From: Antedon mediterranea
Lineage: Eukaryota > Animalia > Echinodermata
DNA: 64,000 nt
Direction: 5' to 3'
Assembly: GCF_964355755.1 (NCBI RefSeq)
Contig: NC_092672.1
Span: forward strand, 30,014,437 to 30,078,436
Made by a program: the position numbers and the translations under genes. The first letter of the stretch is position 1. Every line of letters starts with the position of its first letter. Below are positions 51,201 to 64,000 of the stretch, in pieces. The notes under the pieces were generated by a model, which saw only the letters and a program-made list of their open reading frames with translations, was not told the DNA's origin and ran no database searches.

Positions 51201-54200
51201 TAGTTAATTAAACGCAATAACTCTTGAAAGGTTTCAAAGCGTTTGGTCATAAAAGTTGAAATTGAATCAATAAGATACAGATGAAAATCAGTAAGGCTTT
51301 ACAGTAGGATGTAAAATTTGGATATTTTAAATTTTGTTTTGATTAATTTCATTGAATTAAGAATCGATCACTAACCCCCACCCACCAGCTACCTGAAAAG
51401 AAGAAGAGAAAGTAATTAATTGTCGTCTATGTGTGGGGAACGTTATATCGTAAGGATAAGGAACAGTGAAACAGAGTGAAAGACCCTTATTGGCTGACCA
51501 ATGACAAGCAGCAGTTCGGTTAATCCATCGCTTGTGATTGGTTAAATTTCTTGCGTTGTGCTGCTTACGTCTTAGCATTGTGTCCAAGTGGTGGAAACAA
51601 AGCTTAAATAAACGACTAACGTATCGTAATGTTTTTGTGAGACTTTATAAGCTAAAGCTCTGTTTACACTTAAAAAAAATGTTATGTGCCCATATGGACA
51701 CGATGACGTCATATTACTACCATATTTGGGCACATACCATTTTTTTTGTCAAACTAATTTGATAGTGTAGACAGAGGTTTTTCTATATGTCTAAATAAAT
51801 GTTGCCTAATTGGATTACTGAAAACATAAAACCTGCAAATGGTATAAAGAAAACATAGTCTTATGTATAGCCTACAATATACACTAATTTTTACATTATA
51901 CATTTTTTTTTTCGGAAATATAGGACAGCAAAATAAATGTATCGAACTTTGCTTTATTAAGCCAACAGGTAGTTGTTTATTAACATAAGTTAAACTAAAG
52001 TACCGTAATTTGATAAATAATGTAATAAATTAATATTCTAGCCGCACTAAAAACAAACTTGCATCGTGATGGGAAACTTATTCTACAGCTGCGCGCGGCC
52101 ATGGTTGGTCATTACAAACTTACAGTAGGGCCTACATCAATAACGTATCAAATTTGTTTGTGCGGAGGTACAGCCCGCGACTTTTAAGCTAAGTACAATT
52201 ATTAACAAATACGAAATTAATTGTATTAATGATAGCGGAGTTCTTAAAATACTTTACCTACTGCAAAACCCTGTATAAATCGACAAAGGCTCGTTTCTTC
52301 TCCACATCCGGCAAACACCAACTGAGGTATGAAACAACTAATTGGTATGCAACTAATGCCATATCTTTGGTATGCATTGAACCACATTCACATTTTCATT
52401 TAAATTAAAAACGTGTTAATGACGACGAGAATACAATTTGATTGGATCATTCGCTAATGATATGCAAATGATTTGTGTTGCCCTGTGTATAACTGGCATA
52501 CCTTTGTTCCTGCTTTTCTGATTTAGGGAACAATATTGTTTTCATCACCAAAACAATATTATATATAAATTCAAAAATGGATTATCATGAATAATTATGA
52601 TACTTTTCTCTGGCTTTTAAATTGGTGAAACGTTGAAAAGTTTTAATTCAGTCCAGATCAATTAGTGTTCATTGTGGTATAGATTTATTGTATGGGAGAG
52701 TTTCGTTTTTAATGTATCCCCTAAATGGGTACCACTATTCATGGGACACGCTAAGGAGACAATTATAATGGGTGTCTTCCCATCTTAATAGGGGTTCTAC
52801 TGTGGTAAATGCCATAGACATCAGTTATATTATTGTCAATAGAATCCATATTAAAGGAACATCCTAGTCTCGAATATGTACAGACCTCCTGTGTGTGATC
52901 GGGTGTGGTCGTGTTAAAAAACTCCCAATCTGTCCTTTGAATTACGAGTGTCCCAAAGTAGGAGCTGTACTAGGCCTATATCGTTTATGTTTTATTAAAA
53001 AATATTATATAAATGTACAGTTATTTATGCCTATTTTGTGATCCACTTCTGTAATCATGACAGTAGGCCTATGATCTGAAGGATTTGATATCAGTGCACA
53101 CAACGGGTAGAAATAAATACGTCATTCTATAACGTCAGTTAAACACAGTACTACTTAATAATAAAAATATTAGTTCATTTATATAAAGCAGGCCTCTCAA
53201 TGCACTGCACATTATTATTACTTATTGATAGTCGGGGACACGGTGTATACTTTATATTCTTTGTCGTATTACTTGAAACCATAGTCGATATAAAGTAAAA
53301 TTGACATGTTTACACTCATTATTTATTTACGTCTAAACGTTCTTTACTGAAACTCTTGATTTGCTAATTGAAAGCCCCGCCTCCATTCCAAACTTTCCAC
53401 CTCCAAGGTCTCCCTAGCTTTCTATCAAAGATATTTGAAGTACCCACTATGCTCGATACACGGAAGTCTTAGTATTGCATACAGCACACAAAAACTTATG
53501 ACTGTATTGTATCAGTAACATTTTAATTGAATACAATTTACACATAACTAAGATTACAAGAATTCATGCAAGTGTGTTATGTGTTTGTGTTTGTTAATAA
53601 TAGTGGAAATTTACCACATAAAACAATAGTGCAGTAGTCATTCGACCATGCTCGACCTACTGAAAACAGCAAATTAATATGTGTCGAGTAAAATGTTTTG
53701 TATAATTGAGTGTAAAATACATGAATAGATAGGATTATCATTAACACACTGTGGATGTGTGAATGAATTCCTCAAAACATGGCAAGGAACCTCTTCCACT
53801 TTTTATATTGTTTTATATTATTTGGATATATTTACACTTTTAAATAACATATATTTGACACTAGGCCTAGCCTATAGCTACTGCACTGTCATACAAAAGA
53901 AAAATCAAAATTAATGGAAAAGGTTTTAAAGCAAACAGTAGGCTACTCATTTGTGAATTGTTACAAAATACAACTATGACCGTCCTTTATTTCATTGCCA
54001 TCCATTCTTCCCATGGCCGTCTTTTAATATTTACCATCTCATGACTCGATTGCGTTAACTGGTACATGAAAAACTGTACTATAGTTATTGTCTGTGAGAC
54101 AACTTATTTTTAGTCCGAAAATTGAAACGTCTGTTTTGTCTTTTTAATTATCTTTATCTTCTTGATCCTGCCTCCTCATCACCAGCTACACCAAGCAATA

Positions 54201-57200
54201 CTGAAAACATTATTTTGTTTTCTTTATAATTTTTACGGAAGTGATAACTTCTTTAAAACTACAAAATGTCCTACTGATTTATCAAACTGTAATAATCCGA
54301 ATTGTCTGTCAATTGTACAGCATTTGACTTTATACTCAGAAAGCAATTTATTTACGTTCGTATCGCCCTCTATGGGCGGCCATGCTTCATTATCAACAAA
54401 ATCAATACAATTCTTCTGTTTTATGTGCTCGACTGTGTGTGTCACATCGTACGATTTTTTTATTAATAAAAAAAACGTGACTGTGTTTACAACGGGAGCA
54501 TTACATAAGGTAATTGAATGTGTTGTTTTTAGTACCCAATGTGCTCAACTAATTTTATTTAACGAGTTTCACATAAATGATGCATGCATTATTTCAAATT
54601 CTACTTCCATCTTCTCCCCGCGCGGCCCCCGTGTGTGTGGTGTGTGAAATCGAGACGAGACAGTGACCACGTTTTCATTTTTATATTTTTTCACCGCTGT
54701 GTGTGGTGAAATCGTAAACCTCCTTTATACGATAAAAGATTTGTTTTGTTTGAAGAAAAAACGTATGAGAGGTCGTAAAAATCGTGCTAGCTGAATAGTT
54801 GTATACAACATGCAATAATCAATGATCTTGCACATGAATGAAGAAGAAAAAGAACAAACAGCTAGCTAGGCCTGTCCATACTGTATCCTCTTGCTTGGCG
54901 ATTGGCGAGTGGATAGACAGAGGCACGGAGAAGGTGTGTCACTACGTCATGCATAATTATTATTCCGATCTAACTAAACACCGTAGTTCTTTACAATAAT
55001 TAAGACCTGTCTATGTTGACTGCCATGTTGTTATTATTTATTAATATTAAATGTTATTGACATTTGTAGTAGTACTGTAGTGTGTAGTAGTAGTACTACA
55101 CTAGGTTACAATCATTTGTTATGAAACGAAATTGTAAACAATAACACTTGGATGTTGTGGATTTATCAATGGCATGATTATAATATCATGCTTTTACGAG
55201 TCTATAAAGTAGTAGTATTATTCACTGTACAATGTTTTATTTATTATGTACAAGTTATTTTTAATCTACTAACTATACTACAGCTACAGAATGCATTCTA
55301 AATGGCTTATTTCTGTATGAATAATTTAAATTTCAGTACGAATAATGATTAATTTATCATATCATCTAGTAATAGTGCTTATGTAAATACAACCAACCTC
55401 AATTTTATAATCGAAAGACTTCCTGATTCCTGATTCGCTAATTGGTAAACAATAAGCTAGAGCGTTTTCCCGGCGTAGATAGTAGTAGTGTAGCATAACA
55501 TGTAAACAATGAATATAATTAAATCAACTGTCCTGTAGCAAAATAATATGCGTGTATGAAGCGTATACACTCCCACCTTTTACTATAAAGTATTTATATT
55601 TTCTCTATTAAGTATAAAGCACCATCTGTGCATTTACATTATATGAGTTTTTTTAAATAACAGTGTTAATAGTCCTATTGAAATATATGATTCATAATTA
55701 TTGTATTTCATTTAATAACCCCTCCTTTTGATCTCCTATGTAATGGGGACACCTTTCTATGAAACAAAATGAAGGAATGTACATCACTAGGGACACTCGT
55801 ATATAAGGGACACTTTGTTGGGTCTTGATAGCGGTTCTGCTGTAATACGGTTTAAAAAGTAATATCAGTTAATCAATTAAGATTGAATACTAAAAATTAC
55901 TAAAAGAAATTTTAGGAAACCATTAAACAATTACTATTTAAACAAATGCGTACTTAATATTTTAAATTCAAATTCATTAAACTAATGAAAACTTGGTCCG
56001 TATTATCATTTAATCATACTACTTCTAATCAACATTGTATTTAACTATAGCATTTAAAACCATAATGCATAATCTCATAAATATCTTTATAATCTAGTTA
56101 GTATAATAATAATATCTCTTTGTTTTATTTAAACAAGATTATTATGAAGAGGACTGTTTAAATAGACTTTACTGTACAGTCTCAGTTGAAGGGCAGTTTT
56201 AAAGCTCTGTCTACACTACCAAACTACAGTAATTTGACCAAAAAAGTATGATGTGCCCAAATATGGTAGTGATATAACATCATGTCCATATGGGCACGTC
56301 ACATTTGTTTGTCCTGTAAAGTTTTAATAGTGTAGACAGAGCTTTAGATTAGTGTGTTTGCATAATGGTTTGCAATAATCTGCAATATTCATTAAAATAA
56401 TGTGCATAACTGTAAATTATTAATTTTAAAGCATACAGTAATTCTAAGAATTTTAAAAATTAATTTTCATTTATTATTCTCTGTTTTTTTGTTATGGTTT
56501 AATAATATGATTTGGTTTTCTTCTACATTGAAACAAACTACACACACTAAAAAATCATACTTTACTGCAGTAATTGTAGTTTACTGCAGTTACCTGACTT
56601 TAGATGAATTTTGACTAAAGAAAACAAAATTCAGACTGAAACATTTTACAAAATTGCTATAAAAATTATAGTAGAATTTTCAAGGTTAGATTACAAGGAA
56701 ATAAAAAAATTAAAAGATTCTGACAGAATCAAGAGGTTATATATGCATGATAATGCATACCTAATAAAGAAACATATTACTATCAGATGCATACACTTGT
56801 TTAATTAAATATTTGAATATTCAAACTTTCCAATTGTATCAACAATTAATTGTAATTAGCCTGTGGTTCTAAGTTTACAAAACTATTTTGGGACTAAAAA
56901 ATGATTTTAGAAAATAAATTAAATAAAGACTGTGTTGTTTAGCCATAGGTTAGCAGAAAGCACTCAGTCTGCATCATTTAATAATTAAACATAATTAATC
57001 ATAATTAATATAATTATGTACTAGCAACATACACATATGGAAAAGTATAAATTTAGTCAAAAAAAAAATCACTGAACAATTGTTTTATTACAAATTTGCG
57101 CATTTTGAATAAATAAATATATTTTAAATAAACTAGATTACTGTATTAAAAGGAGTCAAAAGAATACAGGAAAAAGGAAAGTTCAGATAGAAACAAGATC

Positions 57201-57867
57201 TGTTGTATTAGAAAACTCATATGGGTTTGAGTTAATTGTAGTTACTCAGAAATTGCAGTAAAAATAATGTTGACCTTCAGGCCTAGTACTGTACAATGGT
57301 ATCCTATAGTATCATCATTTCTATCCTACATAGGCCTATAGATCATTTTAATTCAGTCAGCTGTTATTCAGTTGTCGTGGATCTGAATTATCAATTTGTG
57401 TATGCAGGTAGCCGATTCTACGTTGATTTATACGCAGTAAAGTTAAAGCAATAAAATCTAATGGCGATATAATACTAGTAGTCGGATACGGGTACCAGGA
57501 ATATTTTCAATGCTTGTTTTTGTGGTGGAAATGTATTAATTTGTGTGGGTGAAGATGATGTGTAGGCTGTGAAAAATAAATAATACACGACAACCCTGCT
57601 TGTGATGATATATAAATTACAGTACTAAACTGCATTGATTAAATTTATTTTTGGCATGAAATTGTAAGGAACGGGTAAGTTGTCAATCTGTATTCATTTG
57701 TTATAAATTTGACTTTTTTTGTTTTATCCTACTCTTAGTAAATTACTTTTTTTGTCTTGACAATGACATACTGTTTACAGGTATTCTCTGAATATCGGAC
57801 ATTGTTGGGGCTGGGCTAAATGTCATTCTATGTCTTCTTGTACAGTACATGGAATCTTTCAAATGTA

Positions 57868-57974
57868 TTTTTAGTTGTGTCCAATGCGACTCTACAGCTT
57901 ACTATGTCGGTCGGTCAGTTGGTCAGTAAACACTAACTTAAGCATGCGACTGCAGCCATGTATATGGCCTTGTT
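57868..57974 (+). mobile_element. Internally deleted ~105-bp derivative of the HINE-like element at 13224-13666
   Basis: Shares both ends: tttttagt.g.gt...actctac.g.t.actatgtcggtcggtc and taaacactaa...gcgactgcagccat.tatatggccttgtt. Confidence 0.7.
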
Positions 57975-58146
57975 GATGGTTAAAAAAAAAATGAATTTGG
58001 GACCTTTTGGACATAACTGTATTTATTTTTTGTTTCTGGTTTTCAGAGATTCCTGATTTGAAGCTAGTCATTTAGTGTTTGACTGAGGATAGGATACGTT
58101 AGTGAACTCAATCTGTCTGTATAAAACCTAGACAGTGCAGGTTTAA

Positions 58147-58772
58147 AGACCCCTTCCCTGCAATTTTGGACGTTTTTTGGAAAATAATACATATATATCA
58201 CTTTAAAAACATTAAACCATGTCATTCCTTGTCTTAAATGTACGTTTTATGGTAAATTATGATAAAAAGTGAGAAACAATGCACTACCTAAGTAGCTCGC
58301 GGCGATCGACCTCTCGTGGACGGTCTTAGGCCTAGCCTAGCTAGGCTTAGTTTTGTAGGCCTAGCTGGTAAACATCGGTAACGTACGAACATCGTACGCG
58401 AGCTATATACCTAGCCTGACGTTGTATAGTTGCTGCATTAATTGTCTTTCTATTTTTGCCAGACTCCGTTGATACAAATTGGGGAAAACCCGGTATTTTT
58501 GCTGAAAAGTTAGGAGTCTTCCATTTGTTTTGGCCTCACGATCGATCGAAAAGTGGGCGAATTACAGGTGAAAAACAAAAATATCAATCCGCGCGCAATG
58601 CATTTTGGGATTTATAGCGGGCCGCTATAATTATTAGAATCGACTTATTTTTCACATTTTTAACCGTTTAAAGACGAAAAAAGTTATCGCAATAGGACCA
58701 TATAGTATTATTTTTACATTAAATATAGTTTGTGATCTTAAATTAGATCTAAAAAACGTAGGGAATGGGGCT
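58147..58772. mobile_element. Young TTAA-flanked non-autonomous DNA transposon (Kolobok-like), copy 2, inverted relative to copy 1
   Basis: Reverse complement of 37085-37715 with few differences; TTAA at 58143-58146 and 58773-58776. Confidence 0.88.
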
Positions 58773-59621
58773 TTAAGTAAATAAGAAATGCCTACTTTTC
58801 ACTATGGTTAAACTGTACTGTAAAAGCATACACAGTATAGATAACTGCTTCATCATCTTGCATTATTCTCAAATATTTGTTTAGAAAATGTAAATATACT
58901 GTATATAAAGTATAGTAGACTGAAGTGGCCGAAGAAAAATCTTCACTATAACACAGGTATAAGGTTTTGGGAAATGCCAGACCAGAGTATGGATCTGTCA
59001 GTTTTTAAATACCAAGCTAGATTTATGTTAGGAACTGTGAGTGTTGCTGGCTGGTAGAGACAGGTATACAATACATACACAGTACACAACCATATTGCAA
59101 TATTAATAACAAGAATTGAATATAGAGCGACTTTTACAGAATTAAGTATAAAAAGATGCTTAATTAAAAATGTTGGGCATCGTGTGAATGCTATTATTAT
59201 TATTATTATTATTATTAAATGTAGACAAGCATATTTTATAATGGCAAAAAAAAGCAAAATATACAGTAGTACTTGTATTGTAGCCAATCAAGTGGAAAAA
59301 TGTAAATAAAGCATTGTGGGTACTGTTTGAATAGTGAATGAATATTGTAGTGTAATTCTAAAGAAAATACTGTAATTGAGATTTTATCAAGTTAAAGCTT
59401 TTTTTTTATGGTGTTTTTTTAATGGAATCATTTCCGTCATACCGCATAATGTTGCATACAATATGAATGGTCTGTTCAGTTTGTACTGTACTACATTTTA
59501 TGAATGTACAAGTTGCAAAAAAAGTTTTGTGTGGCATTTTGCTCACTACACTTTCCACTTTTCAAAACTATATTACCAAGTACTGACAGTATACTAATAA
59601 TAAGTACAAATAGTGTGTTAA

Positions 59622-59956
59622 AGATGTATTGCCTTCCCCCCCCCCCCCCCCAAAAAAAACCCCATTAAAATGAAGATTAATCAGACTTTTAACAAGCCAT
59701 TTTGCAGGTTTTTTTTAACAAAGTCAATCACTTTTGTACAAAAAAAAATTGTTTTAAATTAAATGACATTCAACCAAAAACCCATTGACTTCCAATTCCA
59801 GTTAATTTGACTATTTTTGCTTTTTAATCTGCAGTTTTTTAAGGTAAATAAATTTTGGTCGATCCAATTCTTTAATATTAACTGTGTGACATTAAAAAGG
59901 CATATTTAACACAAAAAATGTGTAAGATTTTTTTTTCAGGGGGACGACAATACATA
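59622..59956. mobile_element. Diverged relative of the 33943-34291 element
   Basis: ttaa|agatgtattg...gacaatacat ends; interior is similar in inverted orientation. Confidence 0.55.
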
Positions 59957-60938
59957 AAATAAGCCTAAATCTGTAAAATGGAACTACTGTATTTTAGTCA
60001 TATTTAGCAAGAATTAGTAAATAATTTGAACACAGGATGGAACGTATAGCATTCACATTGCATATAATCTTCCCAGGATATGACCAATACGCTAGCTAAT
60101 CAAATCAAAGTGTTTTCGTTTAAAAAAAAAAATGTTTTTAGTACCATACGTTTTTTTATCTCATATTATTGTTTGCTGAATGTGAAAACGTGTTGATCAG
60201 AAGCTATTGTAGCTGACCTAGATTTTGGATTAAACATTTTGTTTTTGTTTACTACTACTGTAGGCTGTCGCCACAACAAACTAACACTATTATTTGAAGT
60301 CTGTATGTGAGTCCATCCTTGACAAAGACAATCTTGGCTGAACACCAAAACCAATCTAAATTTACCAACATAAACTATTGGGGGAACTGTAAGTATTTAA
60401 ATATCGCATGCTCTGATATGTATTGAATTTCAAACAATGCCTGTATTGTTTTATACTGAATATATACTGTCAAATGGATGTGTATACTTGTGGATTACAA
60501 TTTAAGGTATACAACAGTAGTAGGTGTAATAATAAAAAAAAAACCTGCAAACCTCCAAAAGCTTCAGAAAAGACAGCAAACCTGATTCAATGAGTCTTAT
60601 CCACTATCGTGATTAAATCACTTTTTTACTGTATGTTGTTGTTGTTACTGGGAGTTTGCTACTGTTTGTTGTTTTGCAGGGTTTAGCAATACCCCAATAT
60701 CAAAAGAATTTTATTGTTAAAATTGTAAAAGATTTAACGTAAATACCACAATTTTCTTTTAATCAGATGCAAGATTTGCATTGGAACAGTGAGCTGTTGA
60801 ATGCAAATGTTTAAACTGTACAGTTACATAGCCCTGAAATGTTGCCTAAAGTAGCAGACATGGGGTCAAAAGGTTAAATTAACAGACCTCTAGTCTTATA
60901 TAATATAATAAACTGTTTGTTTTTTTATTGCCAATAAT

Positions 60939-61429
60939 AGGGAGGTTTCGCAATCTTGCGAATACGATAACGTGTGCGTTACGTATCCCTTTATGTAAGC
61001 CAGTAAAAATCTGTTTCGCATGTCAACGAAATATTGAGGGCGCCTCCCAAAATATGACTGTGGTAAATGTGAGAGAAGCGCAGGTACGTGTTGCTTGGTG
61101 CTTGGCTGCCTAGGCCTAGCGTAACATCAAAGCGAGTGAAGATTTTAAAAATTGCTGTTTATCAAAATTTACCTGGCATTTTAGTAAATTACTTTAGTAA
61201 ATTACTTTCAATAAAAGTATAATTATATTCTAATCATGAATCATTCCTGATTCAAATGCAAAATGTGCAAAATAGATCAAAAACTATACTCGTTTTGTAG
61301 TTACGAATATGACTGGTGATATTCGTCAACACGAATACGCTTTACGAATATGAAATGGGGATCAGCTCAAAAGTTTCACAAATGTGTGACGTATCCGTTT
61401 TCGTTATCGTAAGGTTGCGAAACCTCCCT
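60939..61429. mobile_element. Non-autonomous DNA transposon with 3-bp TSD (PIF/Harbinger-like)
   Basis: TIRs agggaggtttcgcaatcttgcga / tcgtaaggttgcgaaacctccct; AAT on both flanks. Confidence 0.8.
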
Positions 61430-62760
61430 AATGGTACTAAAGTGTGACTGGCACTGTTTATACAGTAGTTCTATAGTTTGCGGAAAAAACAAATCCAAAA
61501 CAGATTATCGGGGTTTTTCTTTTGCATGAGTTTTCATATTTTTGTTATGATATGATTTTGTGACTCAATCTAACCTGTATTTGACCTTGTATGCTAATTT
61601 TTTTACATAAGCCTTTGATTGGATAAGCAGGTTCATGTGACTAAATCGTGTATGTTGCCAATGTACACTGTTGATTGAATCGTAATAAAAATAGACCTGG
61701 CTGGCGATCTAAACTAATAATTACAGAACCCAAGAATGCAAACTGTTTTTTCATAAAGATGTTTTATGGTTATATATTTTTTTATTCATTACCCTGGCCT
61801 TTAGATAAGAATTGAAATACTTTAATTTACGTATATTTTTTTTTCTTTCAAATTAATTTAACAATTGAATAATAACAATAATTGTTTAGGATGGCCTGAT
61901 CTGAAGAAATAGTAATATAGATTTATGTTCTTTTATACTGGTAGGTACTGTTGTCATACCTGCTGACTATCATACGATATACAGGAACATTTATTATTTC
62001 TGATTTGTTTGTTATCTGACTGGCTTAAGACTTAAGAGCTACTACAGTAGGCCTGATTATTCCATACTGTGCTGGCCTAAAGTGGGGCCCTTTTTTTAAA
62101 CTGTTGAACCTACACTGTATACTATACAATAGATCTATCAAAATAGAAGAAAACATCTGTTGTATAAATCATTTTAAACAACATCTCTCATAACTCCCCA
62201 AAAATTAATTATTGATTTTTGTTTTATACATACTGAACTGCCCTGGGAACTATTAGCTATAGATAGATATAGATAAAACTGAGGGCAGTAGACACTTTTG
62301 TTGCTTTGCAGCCGGTGACGACAACATCATTGGATTTTGAACAATCTTTTTCTCATTCATACACAGTAATATGAAAAACCTTGGCATCTGATTGGTTAAT
62401 TTTGTATCACATGCGGTTCTATTCCATGGCGAACGTTCTATAATTTAAGGGAGCGTGTCAAAATCATTTTTTCGCATGTACCGCATTACATTACAACGCG
62501 GTAGCTGCGTTATGAAGGTCATCTTTCGTTAATGAGGTGGCTTGTACTATGTAGTTGTGCTCAATGAAACCTACTGTATTACCAATAGTATGGCAGGTTT
62601 TTCACGTCCAAAATCAAAGCCCAGATTGACTCTGCCTCATTTAATAGAACAGTTTGTTAGTTTCCCTCTTCAACTTATTATAAAACATTCATCATTGTAC
62701 TACAATACTGTACCATTACCAAAAGTTGCATACAAAAAGTTTCAACAAGCTTCCAGTATC

Positions 62761-63240
62761 AGGGCCTGTTTCTGCTGAGCAGAAATAATCGATTATTAAC
62801 CGTTTATTTTTTTAATCGATTATTTTTGGGCAGCAGAAACGGCGCAAAATAAAATAACCGATTAAAAATAACCGATTAAAAACACTCAATCCATTGCGTG
62901 TTTTAATCGATTATTTCTTGTTTTAACCGATTATTGCGGAGCAGTTTTGAGCTGCAACACAAATAGCGATTATTGACCTCACTTTGACCTCTAGAGTATG
63001 ACAAACTTATTCACGTAACAAAGCATGCTGTTTTGCGCGATATCGACGACGATCAGCAAAACCACGATCGCGATGTATACCGAATAACAATCACAGAGGT
63101 CCCAACTTGGGAAAGTCCATTCGCAGGAGATTTTGTCGTGAACCACATTCAATTCGTCGGGGCGTCGAAAGTCAACGCACGGGGAATCGAAAATCAACAC
63201 GCGTGTCGTTTACGTCTCCTAATTAACTAAATATGTTACA
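62761..63240. mobile_element. Probable left end of a DNA transposon with subterminal aaccgatt/aatcgatt repeats
   Basis: gggcctgtttctgc start, many taa(c/t)cgatta motifs, CpG-rich interior; no matching right end found in the window. Confidence 0.4.
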
Positions 63241-64000
63241 TACAATATATACAATATTTACACATAAGTTGGTTTAATTTTTACATAGGTTTATCCATCA
63301 TTATTTTTACATTCTTATTTTTTTTATGGACACATCCTCAGTACAAAGAATTTAAAAAATAAATACTGTATTTTAACTAAAATTCAGTATATAAAATAAT
63401 TTAACTTAATTACATAATGTACAATATTTACACGTGATAGTATTGCCCAATAGAATTTACTCATTATTTTTAGGCACAGGCCTAGCATAGGGCTTCTACT
63501 AGCTAGGCCCTAGCTAGCTACCATTTTAAAACCCCAAAACAATCGAAATAAACTATTCCGAATCCGTCTTATGCTACACGAGTTAACATATTATTTCAGA
63601 TGACAAACATTGAGTTTTATATTGTTTTATCCATACGTAATTACACTGGCATTAAAGATATAACATTAAATAAAATGTAGGCCGTTTATGAGCTATTTCG
63701 CCGATTTCTTATCGCTGGGAAATTCCCCACCATCGACATCGATCGAGGAGTAGGCTAGAATAGAATAGAGGCCTAGCGTGCATGCCGGAACGGGTGGATT
63801 ATTGCTATATAAATAACAAGTTTGAACAAAAGAGCTTACGACAATCTTAGGTAAAGTTTTATTAAACGTAGGCCTACTTGCTTGGCGAATCCATATGCCT
63901 TTTAAATCATTTTAACATGATCGTATTATCGGATCGTACAGTAAAATCACCTTCATGGATGGTAAAACCAAATAAAACACCGCCTCAACAACCTCGTGCG

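Noticed and set aside
57400-58140. Acceptor-like sites (tttacag 57780, tttcag 58046) suggesting + strand exons
   Set aside because: No sustained open frame or matching donors could be established; may be UTR exons but unsupported.

Overview
AT-rich eukaryotic genomic DNA, most likely a marine invertebrate animal (inferred from GT-AG introns, abundant MITEs and Penelope/Academ/Kolobok/Helitron-type remnants). Main content: (1) the last six coding exons of a + strand gene for a single-pass membrane protein (SEA-like ectodomain end, TM helix, Ser/Pro-rich linker, ~90-aa globular cytoplasmic domain). It can end either by read-through to a stop at 3473 or by splicing onto a MYND zinc-finger exon at 4317-4525. 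(2) A tandem triplication of an 11-exon MFSD8-like MFS transporter gene on the minus strand (copy A 8674-17982, B 21804-27190, C 31802-40171). All exon phases are compatible, and each copy ends in an acidic dileucine motif. (3) Many mobile elements, including a nest (MITE in Helitron in Academ-like element) in intron 9 of copy A, two near-identical TTAA-flanked elements, Penelope fragments, foldback arrays and minisatellites. From about 41 kb to the end I can support no intact protein-coding gene. Family assignments rest on recalled motifs; no database search was run.
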